From contig CAZDAQ010000003.1 of the NCBI GenBank assembly GCA_964503425.1, positions 1 through 44,783 on the forward strand: DNA of 44,783 nt, read 5' to 3'. The notes below the pieces were generated by a model. It ran no database searches and was not told the DNA's origin. It saw only the letters and a list, made by a program, of their open reading frames with translations. The position numbers were made by a program, and so were the translations under genes. Below, in pieces: positions 10,347 through 19,467 of this stretch (within the stretch, counting starts at the first letter, position 1; the number at the start of each line of letters is the position of its first letter). The DNA comes from an uncultured Opitutales bacterium (GTDB lineage: Bacteria; Verrucomicrobiota; Verrucomicrobiia; Opitutales; JABDGR01).

Positions 10347-11306
10347 TTACCGGGTGACGAGGAGGTCATCCCGGTTTTCCGGTCGTCCGCGCGTGTAGTT
10401 AAAATTCATGATGGGCCGCAAGACCTCGCGCACTTCCGCGATCAGCCTTTCGTCCATCGCCTCGTTGAGATAAGCCAGGTTGTCCCGCAAATTCTGCGGC
10501 GAGGCCGTGCCGATGAGCGTCGTCGCGATGGCCGCCGGCGCACATGCGAACTGCACCGCCAGCTTCACGATGTCCACGCCGCGCGCCTGGCAAAATTCCA
10601 CCGCCTTGCGGCAGCCGTCCTTGATCGCCGGACTCCCCGGATGCCAGTCCGGCGCGCCGCGCGCCGACAGCAGGCCCATCCCCGTGCACGAGGCGTTGAT
10701 GACCCCCACGCCTTTCTTTGCAAAATACGGCAGCAGTGGTTCGAGCGAGACATCGTTCAGCGCATAATGGCAAAACGACAGCAGCGCCTCAATCGCCCCC
10801 GGTGGCGCCCGGTCCAGAATGCTCGGAAAGATTTTTAACGGCAGGCCCGTGATACCGAGGTGCCGCGCCAGCCCCTGCTCCTTCAGCTTGAGCATCGCCG
10901 GCAGTGTCTCGCGCAAAATCTGCTCCGGGTCGCCAAACTCGATGTCGTGCGCATGCAGGACATCCACGTAGTCCACCCCGAGCCGCTGCAAACTCGCATG
11001 CAGGCTCTGCTCCGTACGCGCCGCGGAATAATCGTATTCGTCGCCGCCGTAGCTCCCAATCTTCGTCGCCAGGTAGTAACGCGCCCGCGGCACCCCGCGC
11101 AACGCGATGCCCAGGTTCGTCTCCGCCACCGTGTTCCCGTAGGCTGGCGACGTGTCGAAAAAATTGATCCCGCCCTCCAGCGCCACCTCCACCGTGCGCA
11201 CACAGTCCTCCAGTTTCACCGGGCGAAACACGCTCCCGAAAGGCGAAGTGCCCAGGCTGAGCACGGAAACCTGCAGGCCGGTGCGGCCAAGTTTACGATA
11301 TTGCAT
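10347..11306 (-). CDS. Aldo/keto reductase family oxidoreductase
   Basis: MQYRKLGRTGLQVSVLSLGTSPFG...GINFFDTSPAYG...YYLATKIG...SLQRLGVDYVDVLHAHD is the typical AKR signature. The ATG at 11306 fits family N-termini. The 50-codon extension in the ORF track is probably spurious. Confidence 0.9.
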   Translation of the reverse strand: MQYRKLGRTGLQVSVLSLGTSPFGSVFRPVKLEDCVRTVEVALEGGINFFDTSPAYGNTVAETNLGIALRGVPRARYYLATKIGSYGGDEYDYSAARTEQSLHASLQRLGVDYVDVLHAHDIEFGDPEQILRETLPAMLKLKEQGLARHLGITGLPLKIFPSILDRAPPGAIEALLSFCHYALNDVSLEPLLPYFAKKGVGVINASCTGMGLLSARGAPDWHPGSPAIKDGCRKAVEFCQARGVDIVKLAVQFACAPAAIATTLIGTASPQNLRDNLAYLNEAMDERLIAEVREVLRPIMNFNYTRGRPENRDDLLVTR

Positions 11307-11698
11307 AAGACGAACCGCCGCAATAATCGCTCCCGGCTCCCGGCTCCAGTATAAATATCGCGCTCCGCCGAAAATTGCAAAATGGCCACCCGCCTCAAAT
11401 CGCTTTCCCCGCCACTTTTCCACCCTCCGGCATAAACTTCTCGACATTTCGATCATAACCTATTCCATCCCAGCGTGAAGCAAAATGCCGCTCCATCCAA
11501 AAGCGCCGGAATACTCCCCCACCTGCTCCGCGCCTTGTCAACCACCCCGCCTTGCGATGAAAAGCCCCCCATCAAGTGATAAGCACCGTCGACCCTGTTT
11601 TTAAGGCGATTTCCCCTCCCCATCTCCACCTCTTTCCCGCGATGATTTTATCTTGGTATTCCCCCCGGCATACTTTAAGAACTTTACCCACCCCGAAC

Positions 11699-14600
11699 AT
11701 GACTACCCCCCGCTCCGCCGGCCACATGGCCCGCCTTACCCGTCAGCGCTCCCGCCAGCCCGGTTTCGCCCTCATCATTGTGCTGACGCTGATGGCATTC
11801 CTCGTGCTGCTCTTCGTCACGCTCACCATCTCCATCCAGGTCTCCTCGCAGGTCACGCAATACAACCTCAAGGCCACCCAGGCGCACCTCAACGCCCTCT
11901 ATGGCGTCCGCGTCGCCATGGCCCAATTGCAAAAATTCGCCGGGCCGGACACCCGCATCACTGCCACGGCCGATCTGGCTCGCCGCGGCGATGGAGACCC
12001 ATCCACCGCCCTACCCACATCAACAACCGGAAGTTACGCCTATAACTCCACGATTGATACGGCGAGCGGCTTGGCCAGCAATGCCCCCAATGCGAACGGC
12101 GGCACCCGCTATTGGACCGGCGTCTGGGGCAATGCCGCCCCCACTTACAGCTTCTATGGCACCACCGGCGGAGCGACCCCCACCGCCCTGCCCACCCCCA
12201 CCCCCGTGCTGCTCACCTGGCTCGTCAGTGGCGATGAGAACACCACCCTGGCCTTTACCCAGAACGCCACCACCAAACAACTCGCCATCAAAACCCCCAC
12301 CGCCGCTGCCACCACCTTTGCCCCCAGTGTCTCCATCAGTAACCTGACCGCCACCGCCACGGCCCTGACTCCTCTTCCTGTCACGGGCGTCACCTTTAGG
12401 GGCGGCCAAGCCAACGCCACCCTCCTTGTCGGCTCCAATTCCGCCGGCAACCAGTCCTTCAGCGTCATCACCATTAACGGCACCGCCGTTCCGCAAACTC
12501 CCGTGTCCCGCTACGTGGCTGCCCCCCTCGTCCCCCTGACCATCCCCGGTGACGACGACCCCGCCCCCGTCACCACTGGCAGCTACGCCTATTGGGTTGG
12601 TGACGAGGGTGTAAAGTCCAAATACAACATGGTGGATATTGGTGGCAACGCCTCCATCCTCCCCCTCGGCTACAATGCCACCGCCACCAGCTACCTCACG
12701 ACAACTAATTTCGGATCAACACAAACTTCATTTGTCAACTCTACGGACACCATCCCGAAAGGGGCCGCCTACCTTAACCGCCTCATAGCCCCGCAGCGCT
12801 TCGCCCTGGAGGAAATGGCTGATCTCTCAACTTATCCCTTCAACAATGCCGTCTTGAAGAGCATGGTGCAGCCCCTCGAAGGCCATTACATCGGCAATTC
12901 GGCCAACGGCAGCGACCCCATTGCCGGCACCAACCACCTCACCCCAACCAACGACCCCCTCCGCGAGCACTTTCACGACCTCACCACCTATTCCCTCGGC
13001 GTCCTCGCCGACTCCCAGCGCGGCGGCCTCAAATACGACCTCACCACCGCCCTCGAAGTGCCCGCGGTATTCACCAACGACTTGCAAGGCAAGAAAATCC
13101 TCCCCAATGCCGGCAATTCCACCACCGGCAACACGACGGGCAACACCACAACCAACCCAAACTCTCCTGATTACGGCGCCGCCGTCATCAGCCCGCTCAT
13201 GGGACCGTATTGGGACGCGATTCAAGCCTACTACAACATCGGCTTGTCCTCAAATTCCACGTCGACAGCCACCGCCATCCCCGTCCAGCCGGGAGTCGTT
13301 CCCGTCGTCGTACAAGGGCGGCTGGAGTTTGGCATGCTTCTGGATTCCTCGGAGCAGGTTGATATGACTCTTTGTGCGGGTTTTGTCCTGTCCAATCCCT
13401 ACAATTTCACGATCACCGCCAGCAAAGGACTGAACCTCACCTACACCATTAATACCCACACCCAATCCGAATGGGGCTTTTTCATTACGCCTGGAAAGGG
13501 AGCCGGCGGGGCCACTTTCACCGGGGGATTCCCGAAAAGCAGCTTTGAACAAAATGGGACGACCTTCAGCAATGCCGCTGGGCATGTAAAAACGAATTAT
13601 TATGCCATTCTGCCCAATTTTGTGGATAATTCGTTGGCCAGCAGCACGGACTCCATGCTCGGCAATGTGACGTTCCACCTGTCCGATTTGGGTACCGCCG
13701 CCGGCAGCCTTACTCTCGTTCCCGGACAGACCAAGCTCTATGCCATTACCGGATCCAGTTCCACCCTCAGTCTCGATGCGCAAGAAAAAAACTCCCCTTT
13801 AAACGGTAACTTCACCTGGATTGGCCAAACGCTGCCGTCTTCGGGCGCGCGCACTATTCAATTGGGTAGCAACGCCACTATTTCCACCAGCACTCTTAAC
13901 AACTTTGTCCTCATCCAATCCGGCGGGGCTCTCAGTTCCGCGCCAACAGGTGGCAGTGATATTTTTCTCACGACATTTCTGCCGTCTGTGGCCTGCACCT
14001 TGCAAATGATCGCCCCCACCGGCTCTACCTCCTCCTCGGGCGGAACCACCACCAGCCCCATTGTCTTGCAGTCCATCATGGGGCTGGATCTTACTGGCGA
14101 TGGCATCGCTGGCACCATTCCCAATATTCCGGTAAATATTAAGAATAATCCCTCGGGTGACCAAGGCACGATCTCGGATGGAGCAAACAGTGGGGCCATT
14201 CCCCATCACCTCTGCACTTACTATTTCTGGCTGGGCCTGCCCGCCTCGGCCACCTTTTACAGCCTAGGGGCATACAATTACGATAACTATAATGTGAACG
14301 CAGGGGGCTCCTCCGGACCGTCGGAAATCGGTTTTCCCACGGCTTCAATTGGCGCGGGCGGTTCGACCTTAACCTTAAATAGTATGCCCATAATGGACCT
14401 CAGTGCCGGCACCTACTCGGGTTCCTCCAAGACATTTACCGGCATTAACTACCGGACCTTCACCGATTTCAATTTGCGGGCCACAGTTATTTCGCTGCCA
14501 CCCAGCGCCACCCTCAACCCGGAAACACAGGACGGCTACGGGGGTCTCACCTCCAATTCTACGATCTATAATGGTTTTCCCAATGTACCTCCTTACCTTC

Positions 14601-16324
14601 GTCTGTTTGATCCTACCGCCGGTGACAATTCCCAGCCGACTCTCGTCAATAGTGACGTCCAATTCATGAACAACCAGTATTTCACCAGAAATCTAGGGAA
14701 CTGGGCCGGCGGATCGAATCCCGTCATTCCCGAGTGGGGCCATGCCAATACCAACCTTGGACAGGTTGGACAGCCCTATGTCACGCTTTACAACCTGCCT
14801 TGGCGTACTCCCGGAGCCTCCGCCGCCAAAACCAACGCCCTGCCTGTGCTTTCCCTGGGACAGTTGCAACACGCCGACTTGACCGCCGACGACCTTTTCA
14901 ACTCCGTCAGCTACCAGCCCGGCAACGCCTTCGGCAATTCCTACGCCTCCCCCTTCGTCGGCACCGCCAAAAGCATTCTCTCGGTCTCGAACCGACAGCA
15001 GACCAACCTCAAGAGCCTCACCGCCGCCCAGTTGGGCGCCAATTTTACTTTGGTGGGCACGGGTGCCGGGAACGCCACCGTCAACGCTTACGACATGAGC
15101 TACCTGCTCAACGCCGCCCTCTGGGATCACTGCTATTTCTCCGGCATCGCCCAGGGTGGAGGCGCTCAAGGGGGCAATTACACGACCTCCCTCACCGCCT
15201 ATGCGAGCCTGACACCGAACACCACCACCGGCCAGGTCACCAATCCCCGCATGAGGTTTGCCTCCGGGTTTTCCCCCAACAACACCTTGTTGAACGTGGG
15301 TGCGGCCAATGCCACCATCGCGAATGGCGTGGACGATCTGGAAACGGCGACCGCCTCCGCGCATAATTACATGCCCCAGGGTTATGCCCTCTCGCGGTAT
15401 CTCATGAATGATGGCGCGTTCAACATCAATTCCACTTCGGTCGAAGCCTGGAAGGCGCTCCTGGCCAGCTTGCGCGCGTTGCCCCCTGCCTCCACCGCCT
15501 CCGCCCTCGCCACCGCCTCCGCCCCCAGCACCCCGCCCAACGCTTCACAGCCAGTCCTGGCCTTTCCTCGTGTGCCCGCCAGTTTGAGTTTATTGGGCAA
15601 TACCACGGTGCTGGGCAACTATACCTACAACGGCACGGGCAGCAATGCCCCCAATTCCGGTGACAGCCAGCAGTCCTTTACTGGCTTCCGGGCGCTGACC
15701 GACCAGGATATCAGCAACCTCGCCACCCTTATTGTCCAGCAAGTCCGCGCCCGCGGCCCCTTCCTCTCGCTCTCCCAATTTGTCAACCGCCGCCTTGGCC
15801 CCGTCAGCGACGCCGCCAGCCAGTCCGGCGCCCTCCAAAGCGCGATTGACGCCCTGCCGTTGGCTGGCAGCACTTTCAATGCGATGACGGATTTGACCGC
15901 ATCGGGAGGCGGCGGAGTCAACGGTGATAACGTCACGTTTTTGCCTTCCACTTCATATCAGCCCATTGGCACGATGTATCGCTCCACCGGCATTCCTGGC
16001 TGGCTGACCCAGGCCGACTTGCTGCAGTCCCTGGCCCCGGTTCTCGCCGCCCGCTCCGACACCTTTGTCATCCGCGCCTATGGTCAGGTGAATGACCCGC
16101 TGGATGGCTCTGTCGTAAGCCGCGCCTGGTGCGAAGCCGTCGTCCAGCGCCTGCCGGAATATATTGACACCGTCTCAATAAATTCCAACAACCCTCTTAG
16201 GGAACCCGCGGCCATGCCGGACAACCCCGCCGTCATGCCTTGGACCGCAAACTTCCAGAACAACTATTTCGGCCGCCGCTTTAGCCTTGTTTCCCTCCGC
16301 TGGCTTAATGCCGGTGACATTTAA
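11699..16324 (+). CDS. Giant (about 1541 aa) GspK/PilX-like pseudopilin-type protein with a large uncharacterised central region
   Basis: The N-terminal anchor is RQPGFALIIVLTLMAFLVLLFVTLTISIQV followed by QAHLNALYGVRVAMAQLQKF (PilX_N/GspK style). YAYWVGDEGVKSKYNM lies at about 12581-12632. The C-terminus has ALTDQDISNLATLIVQQVRARGPFLSLSQFVNRRLG and ARSDTFVIRAYGQVNDP...AWCEAVVQR. An alternative start is ATG 11726. Confidence 0.75.
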   Translation: MTTPRSAGHMARLTRQRSRQPGFALIIVLTLMAFLVLLFVTLTISIQVSSQVTQYNLKATQAHLNALYGVRVAMAQLQKFAGPDTRITATADLARRGDGDPSTALPTSTTGSYAYNSTIDTASGLASNAPNANGGTRYWTGVWGNAAPTYSFYGTTGGATPTALPTPTPVLLTWLVSGDENTTLAFTQNATTKQLAIKTPTAAATTFAPSVSISNLTATATALTPLPVTGVTFRGGQANATLLVGSNSAGNQSFSVITINGTAVPQTPVSRYVAAPLVPLTIPGDDDPAPVTTGSYAYWVGDEGVKSKYNMVDIGGNASILPLGYNATATSYLTTTNFGSTQTSFVNSTDTIPKGAAYLNRLIAPQRFALEEMADLSTYPFNNAVLKSMVQPLEGHYIGNSANGSDPIAGTNHLTPTNDPLREHFHDLTTYSLGVLADSQRGGLKYDLTTALEVPAVFTNDLQGKKILPNAGNSTTGNTTGNTTTNPNSPDYGAAVISPLMGPYWDAIQAYYNIGLSSNSTSTATAIPVQPGVVPVVVQGRLEFGMLLDSSEQVDMTLCAGFVLSNPYNFTITASKGLNLTYTINTHTQSEWGFFITPGKGAGGATFTGGFPKSSFEQNGTTFSNAAGHVKTNYYAILPNFVDNSLASSTDSMLGNVTFHLSDLGTAAGSLTLVPGQTKLYAITGSSSTLSLDAQEKNSPLNGNFTWIGQTLPSSGARTIQLGSNATISTSTLNNFVLIQSGGALSSAPTGGSDIFLTTFLPSVACTLQMIAPTGSTSSSGGTTTSPIVLQSIMGLDLTGDGIAGTIPNIPVNIKNNPSGDQGTISDGANSGAIPHHLCTYYFWLGLPASATFYSLGAYNYDNYNVNAGGSSGPSEIGFPTASIGAGGSTLTLNSMPIMDLSAGTYSGSSKTFTGINYRTFTDFNLRATVISLPPSATLNPETQDGYGGLTSNSTIYNGFPNVPPYLRLFDPTAGDNSQPTLVNSDVQFMNNQYFTRNLGNWAGGSNPVIPEWGHANTNLGQVGQPYVTLYNLPWRTPGASAAKTNALPVLSLGQLQHADLTADDLFNSVSYQPGNAFGNSYASPFVGTAKSILSVSNRQQTNLKSLTAAQLGANFTLVGTGAGNATVNAYDMSYLLNAALWDHCYFSGIAQGGGAQGGNYTTSLTAYASLTPNTTTGQVTNPRMRFASGFSPNNTLLNVGAANATIANGVDDLETATASAHNYMPQGYALSRYLMNDGAFNINSTSVEAWKALLASLRALPPASTASALATASAPSTPPNASQPVLAFPRVPASLSLLGNTTVLGNYTYNGTGSNAPNSGDSQQSFTGFRALTDQDISNLATLIVQQVRARGPFLSLSQFVNRRLGPVSDAASQSGALQSAIDALPLAGSTFNAMTDLTASGGGGVNGDNVTFLPSTSYQPIGTMYRSTGIPGWLTQADLLQSLAPVLAARSDTFVIRAYGQVNDPLDGSVVSRAWCEAVVQRLPEYIDTVSINSNNPLREPAAMPDNPAVMPWTANFQNNYFGRRFSLVSLRWLNAGDI

Positions 16325-16328
16325 TTTT

Positions 16329-17069
16329 ATGCGCCATTACCTTCATGCATTCATTTTGATTGTATCCCTCTTTGGCGGCGCCTTTGTCTCCGTCAAGGCT
16401 GACCCCATTACGGTTAAGTTTAAAAGCATGTCCATGGCCTTGGGCTCGGGGAACCTCAGTTATAAATCGGACGGTAAATACGTCCCGTTGACCTTGGACG
16501 CTTTGCTTCCAAGCACAACCGTCTACACTTACTCCGGCGAAAACCCCATGCAGCTCTACCTCCCTGAAGTTGTGAAGGATAAGCAAACCATGGTGCCCGT
16601 TGGTCACGTGCAATTTCCCGATGGTAAGAACTTTCTTGTGTTTGTCATCTCCCAAGGTGGCGATGCTTACACGGGTGCCGCGGTGCCGGCTGACGGTCCG
16701 GATTCCCCACCCAACAGCGTGCGCGTGCTCAATCTGACCCCCTTGAAGATTGTGACCGTGGGCAATAACAAGACCTTCACGCTCTCACCAGGGCAAGCCG
16801 GCGTCATAACCGTTGGTAACGACCAGCAGTATGGCCTGACTTTTTCCGCCATGAGGGATGGACAATTGGAGCAAGTTAATGCCGCAGGTGACAAAATTGC
16901 GCCCGGATCCCGCCAGACTCTTTTCCTCACCCTTTCCAATACCAAGCAAGTCCTCGCAAACCCGCGCGTTCGGCCCATGGTTGATGTGAACCATTTCGAT
17001 CTGAAAATCGAAGATGCCAACAACGGCTCCTCCCAGCGCAAAAGAAAACAGAACGCTGCCACGGGCTGA
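16329..17069 (+). CDS. Hypothetical secreted protein, tightly coupled to the giant pseudopilin-like gene
   Basis: The ATG lies 4 nt after the upstream stop codon. It has a signal peptide (MRHYLHAFILIVSLFGGAFVSVKA). GC is lower than in neighbouring genes. I recognise no domain. Confidence 0.55.
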   Translation: MRHYLHAFILIVSLFGGAFVSVKADPITVKFKSMSMALGSGNLSYKSDGKYVPLTLDALLPSTTVYTYSGENPMQLYLPEVVKDKQTMVPVGHVQFPDGKNFLVFVISQGGDAYTGAAVPADGPDSPPNSVRVLNLTPLKIVTVGNNKTFTLSPGQAGVITVGNDQQYGLTFSAMRDGQLEQVNAAGDKIAPGSRQTLFLTLSNTKQVLANPRVRPMVDVNHFDLKIEDANNGSSQRKRKQNAATG

Positions 17070-17081
17070 AACGAATCGTTG

Positions 17082-17112
17082 AAACTACGACCATCGTTCG
17101 CGTAGTTTTCGC
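17082..17112 (+). terminator. Possible intrinsic terminator after the 16329-17069 gene
   Basis: A perfect 8-bp stem pairs AAACTACG (17082-17089) with CGTAGTTT (17101-17108) across an 11-nt loop. The 3' arm runs into TTTTC. It sits between convergent genes. Confidence 0.35.
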
Positions 17113-17116
17113 CCCC

Positions 17117-17671
17117 TCACTCCAGCCCCAGCTTCGCCCGCCCCTCCGGCGAAATCATGTGCGGATTCCACGGCGGATCCCACACAATCTCCACCCGGGC
17201 CGACGCCACCCCCGGCAGCGCCGCCAGCCGCGCCCGCGCATCCTCCGCAATCACCGGCCCCATTCCGCAGCCCGGCGCCGTCAGCGTCATTTTGACAAAA
17301 ATTTCATTACGCCCGGCCGTCGGTGCCTCCACCCGCAAATCGTAAATCAGGCCCAGGTCCACAATGTTCACCGGAATCTCCGGATCATAGCATTGCCGCA
17401 ATGCCGCCCACACCCCCTTCTCGGAAAACGTCCCCGTCGGCTCGACCGCCCCCGCAGCCTGCTCCTCTGCCCACGCCTGCGCCTCGGCCCCCAACGCGTC
17501 CAGCTCGCCAGCCCCCAAGCGGTATAACCCCAGTGCATCCCGCACCGTCACCGCCCCGCCCAACGCCTGCGTCACCACGACTTTCGCTCCCTTGCGCAGC
17601 ACCACCGCGTCCCCCGCTGGTATCAACGTGGCGGCACAATCCCGTTCCAGCACGAATTCTTCATTGACCAT
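17117..17671 (-). CDS. sufT: SufT-like Fe-S cluster assembly protein (DUF59/MIP18 domain with N-terminal extension)
   Basis: The C-terminal DUF59 signature is ALRQCYDPEIPVNIVDLGLIYDLRV...VKMTLTAPGCGMGPVIAEDARARLAALPGVASARVEIVWDPPWNPHMIS. The N-terminal extension of about 80 aa is typical of long SufT proteins. Confidence 0.8.
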   Translation of the reverse strand: MVNEEFVLERDCAATLIPAGDAVVLRKGAKVVVTQALGGAVTVRDALGLYRLGAGELDALGAEAQAWAEEQAAGAVEPTGTFSEKGVWAALRQCYDPEIPVNIVDLGLIYDLRVEAPTAGRNEIFVKMTLTAPGCGMGPVIAEDARARLAALPGVASARVEIVWDPPWNPHMISPEGRAKLGLE

Positions 17672-17822
17672 CCGTGCAAACTCGCGAAAATAGGGCTACC
17701 TTGTCAACGGGTAACCCTACCCGTTGCCTCCACCCCCGGGATTAACCATTCGGTCAGCGGCTTTTGCGCGATTTTTCTTGGCCAGCCGCCCGTTTTTTCT
17801 ATCGTCAGCCTTTTTACACCCC

Positions 17823-19382
17823 ATGTCCCGGCTCTTCCTCAAGCTCGTGCTGGCCTGTTTCTGCGGCCTGTCTCTCCAAGCCCTTTCCCTCCCGGCGCAA
17901 ACCGCGCCCGCGAAGGCCGCCGCCCTGCCCGCGCTGTCCGACAATGAGGTGTTGCTCAACCTCAACAGCGCGCAACGCCTCCAATGGAGCGCCGCGCAAA
18001 AGCAAATTAACGACGGCCAGTCCCTGATGGACAGCGGCAAATGGCTCCTCCAAAACACCCAGCCCAAGGACAGCGGCGGGATGACTGATACCCACGCTGC
18101 CGACAAAATCAAGGACGGCCAGCAGCAGGTCACCGACGGCACCGCCCTCATCGCCAAGGGCAAGCAAACCCTCGCCACCCTTCGCCTGGCCGCCCAGCAG
18201 GCCGTCGCCCTCACTCAAAACCCCAACGCCCCCGGCAAATACACGGTCGTCCTCACCTCCGCGCAGTGGCCCGACGTTGTCCAGCAAATGAGTGACAAAC
18301 TCATCAAATCCCTCGCGTCCGACAATTACAGCCAAATTTTCCTCGCCGACACCTATACCTTCATCAAATCCCACTACGTGGCCAAACCCGCGCTAACCAG
18401 CCAGATCCACGACGCCCTCGCGCAAAGCGTCGACGAACATCAGACCCTCTATCCCCAGGGCACCGTCAAGCTCGGCCGCCTCGGCAACAACCTCTTCCTC
18501 GACTTCCCCAACCGCGCCTCCACGGCCAGCAACCAGGCCGCCCTCGTCGTCGGGGAAATCCTCTTCGAGCCCGACAGTGGCTATGCCTACTTCTCCCTGC
18601 GCGCCGTGGACCTCGTCTCGGGTAAAATCATCCACAACGAACTCGCCCTCCTCTCCGTTGAGGCCACCCTCGGCAAGGGCCTTGACTTGGTGGCCTATCA
18701 AGTCCCCTCCGCCCGCATTCTGCCCCCGCCAACTCCTGCCGTGACCACGCCCGCTGCACCTGCCAACTCGGGCAAGCCTGCTTCAGCCACCCCCGCAGCC
18801 CCCGCGCCGGCTCCCGCGGCGAATGACGCCAGCACCGTCACCCTGACGCTGCTCGACTCCAACAACGTCATCGGCACTTTCAAAAGCGTCGCCCATCCCT
18901 ACATCTTCCGCGCCGATACCGCCGGCAGCAATGACACCCTCGGAAACCGTGTGGCCCTGCTCCTCCTCAAAACCCTCCTTACTGAGAAATCCCCCCTCAC
19001 CGTCACCGATTACGATTTTCTGGCCCTCGCGCTCCCCGCGGACAACCCCTCTGACCGCACCCTTAGCCCGGCTGACATCAATGCCACTTGGCTGGTTTCC
19101 AGCCTGCGCGATCTCGACGCCCCCACCATCTCCCTTGGCCTCAAAGCCCGCAGCCTCGCCTCCAGCGCCGAGCTGAACGCCGGCAAATTCACCGTCGAAA
19201 ATTCCTTAAAACCCCTTACCCCCCCCACGCCGGACCAGCTTATCGCTGCCGGGTATCAACTCACCTCCTCCAACACTCCGGATTCCGGCCCCGCCGACGC
19301 TGGCGGCAGCTCCGCCCAGGCCATTCCCAGCGCCCTCCCCTCGCCGGTGGCCCCCGGCACCACGCTCAAACACAGCCCCTAG
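17823..19382 (+). CDS. Hypothetical secreted protein (519 aa) with an internal Pro/Ala-rich linker
   Basis: It has a signal peptide (MSRLFLKLVLACFCGLSLQALSLPAQT). Two globular-looking halves are separated by PPPTPAVTTPAAPANSGKPASATPAAPAPAPAAND. I cannot make a confident domain call. Confidence 0.6.
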   Translation: MSRLFLKLVLACFCGLSLQALSLPAQTAPAKAAALPALSDNEVLLNLNSAQRLQWSAAQKQINDGQSLMDSGKWLLQNTQPKDSGGMTDTHAADKIKDGQQQVTDGTALIAKGKQTLATLRLAAQQAVALTQNPNAPGKYTVVLTSAQWPDVVQQMSDKLIKSLASDNYSQIFLADTYTFIKSHYVAKPALTSQIHDALAQSVDEHQTLYPQGTVKLGRLGNNLFLDFPNRASTASNQAALVVGEILFEPDSGYAYFSLRAVDLVSGKIIHNELALLSVEATLGKGLDLVAYQVPSARILPPPTPAVTTPAAPANSGKPASATPAAPAPAPAANDASTVTLTLLDSNNVIGTFKSVAHPYIFRADTAGSNDTLGNRVALLLLKTLLTEKSPLTVTDYDFLALALPADNPSDRTLSPADINATWLVSSLRDLDAPTISLGLKARSLASSAELNAGKFTVENSLKPLTPPTPDQLIAAGYQLTSSNTPDSGPADAGGSSAQAIPSALPSPVAPGTTLKHSP

Positions 19383-19467
19383 TTTGTCGGTCTACCCCGG
19401 GAATTAGTCCGCACTCTTGGCTAGCCCTCCGGCTGCTTTTCCGGTTGCCAGTTTACAATAAATTGAC

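Noticed and set aside
17117-17671. SufT-like gene standing alone, without sufBCDS neighbours, considered as a possible anomaly.
   Set aside because: DUF59/SufT genes are frequently unlinked from suf operons, so this does not point to anything unusual.
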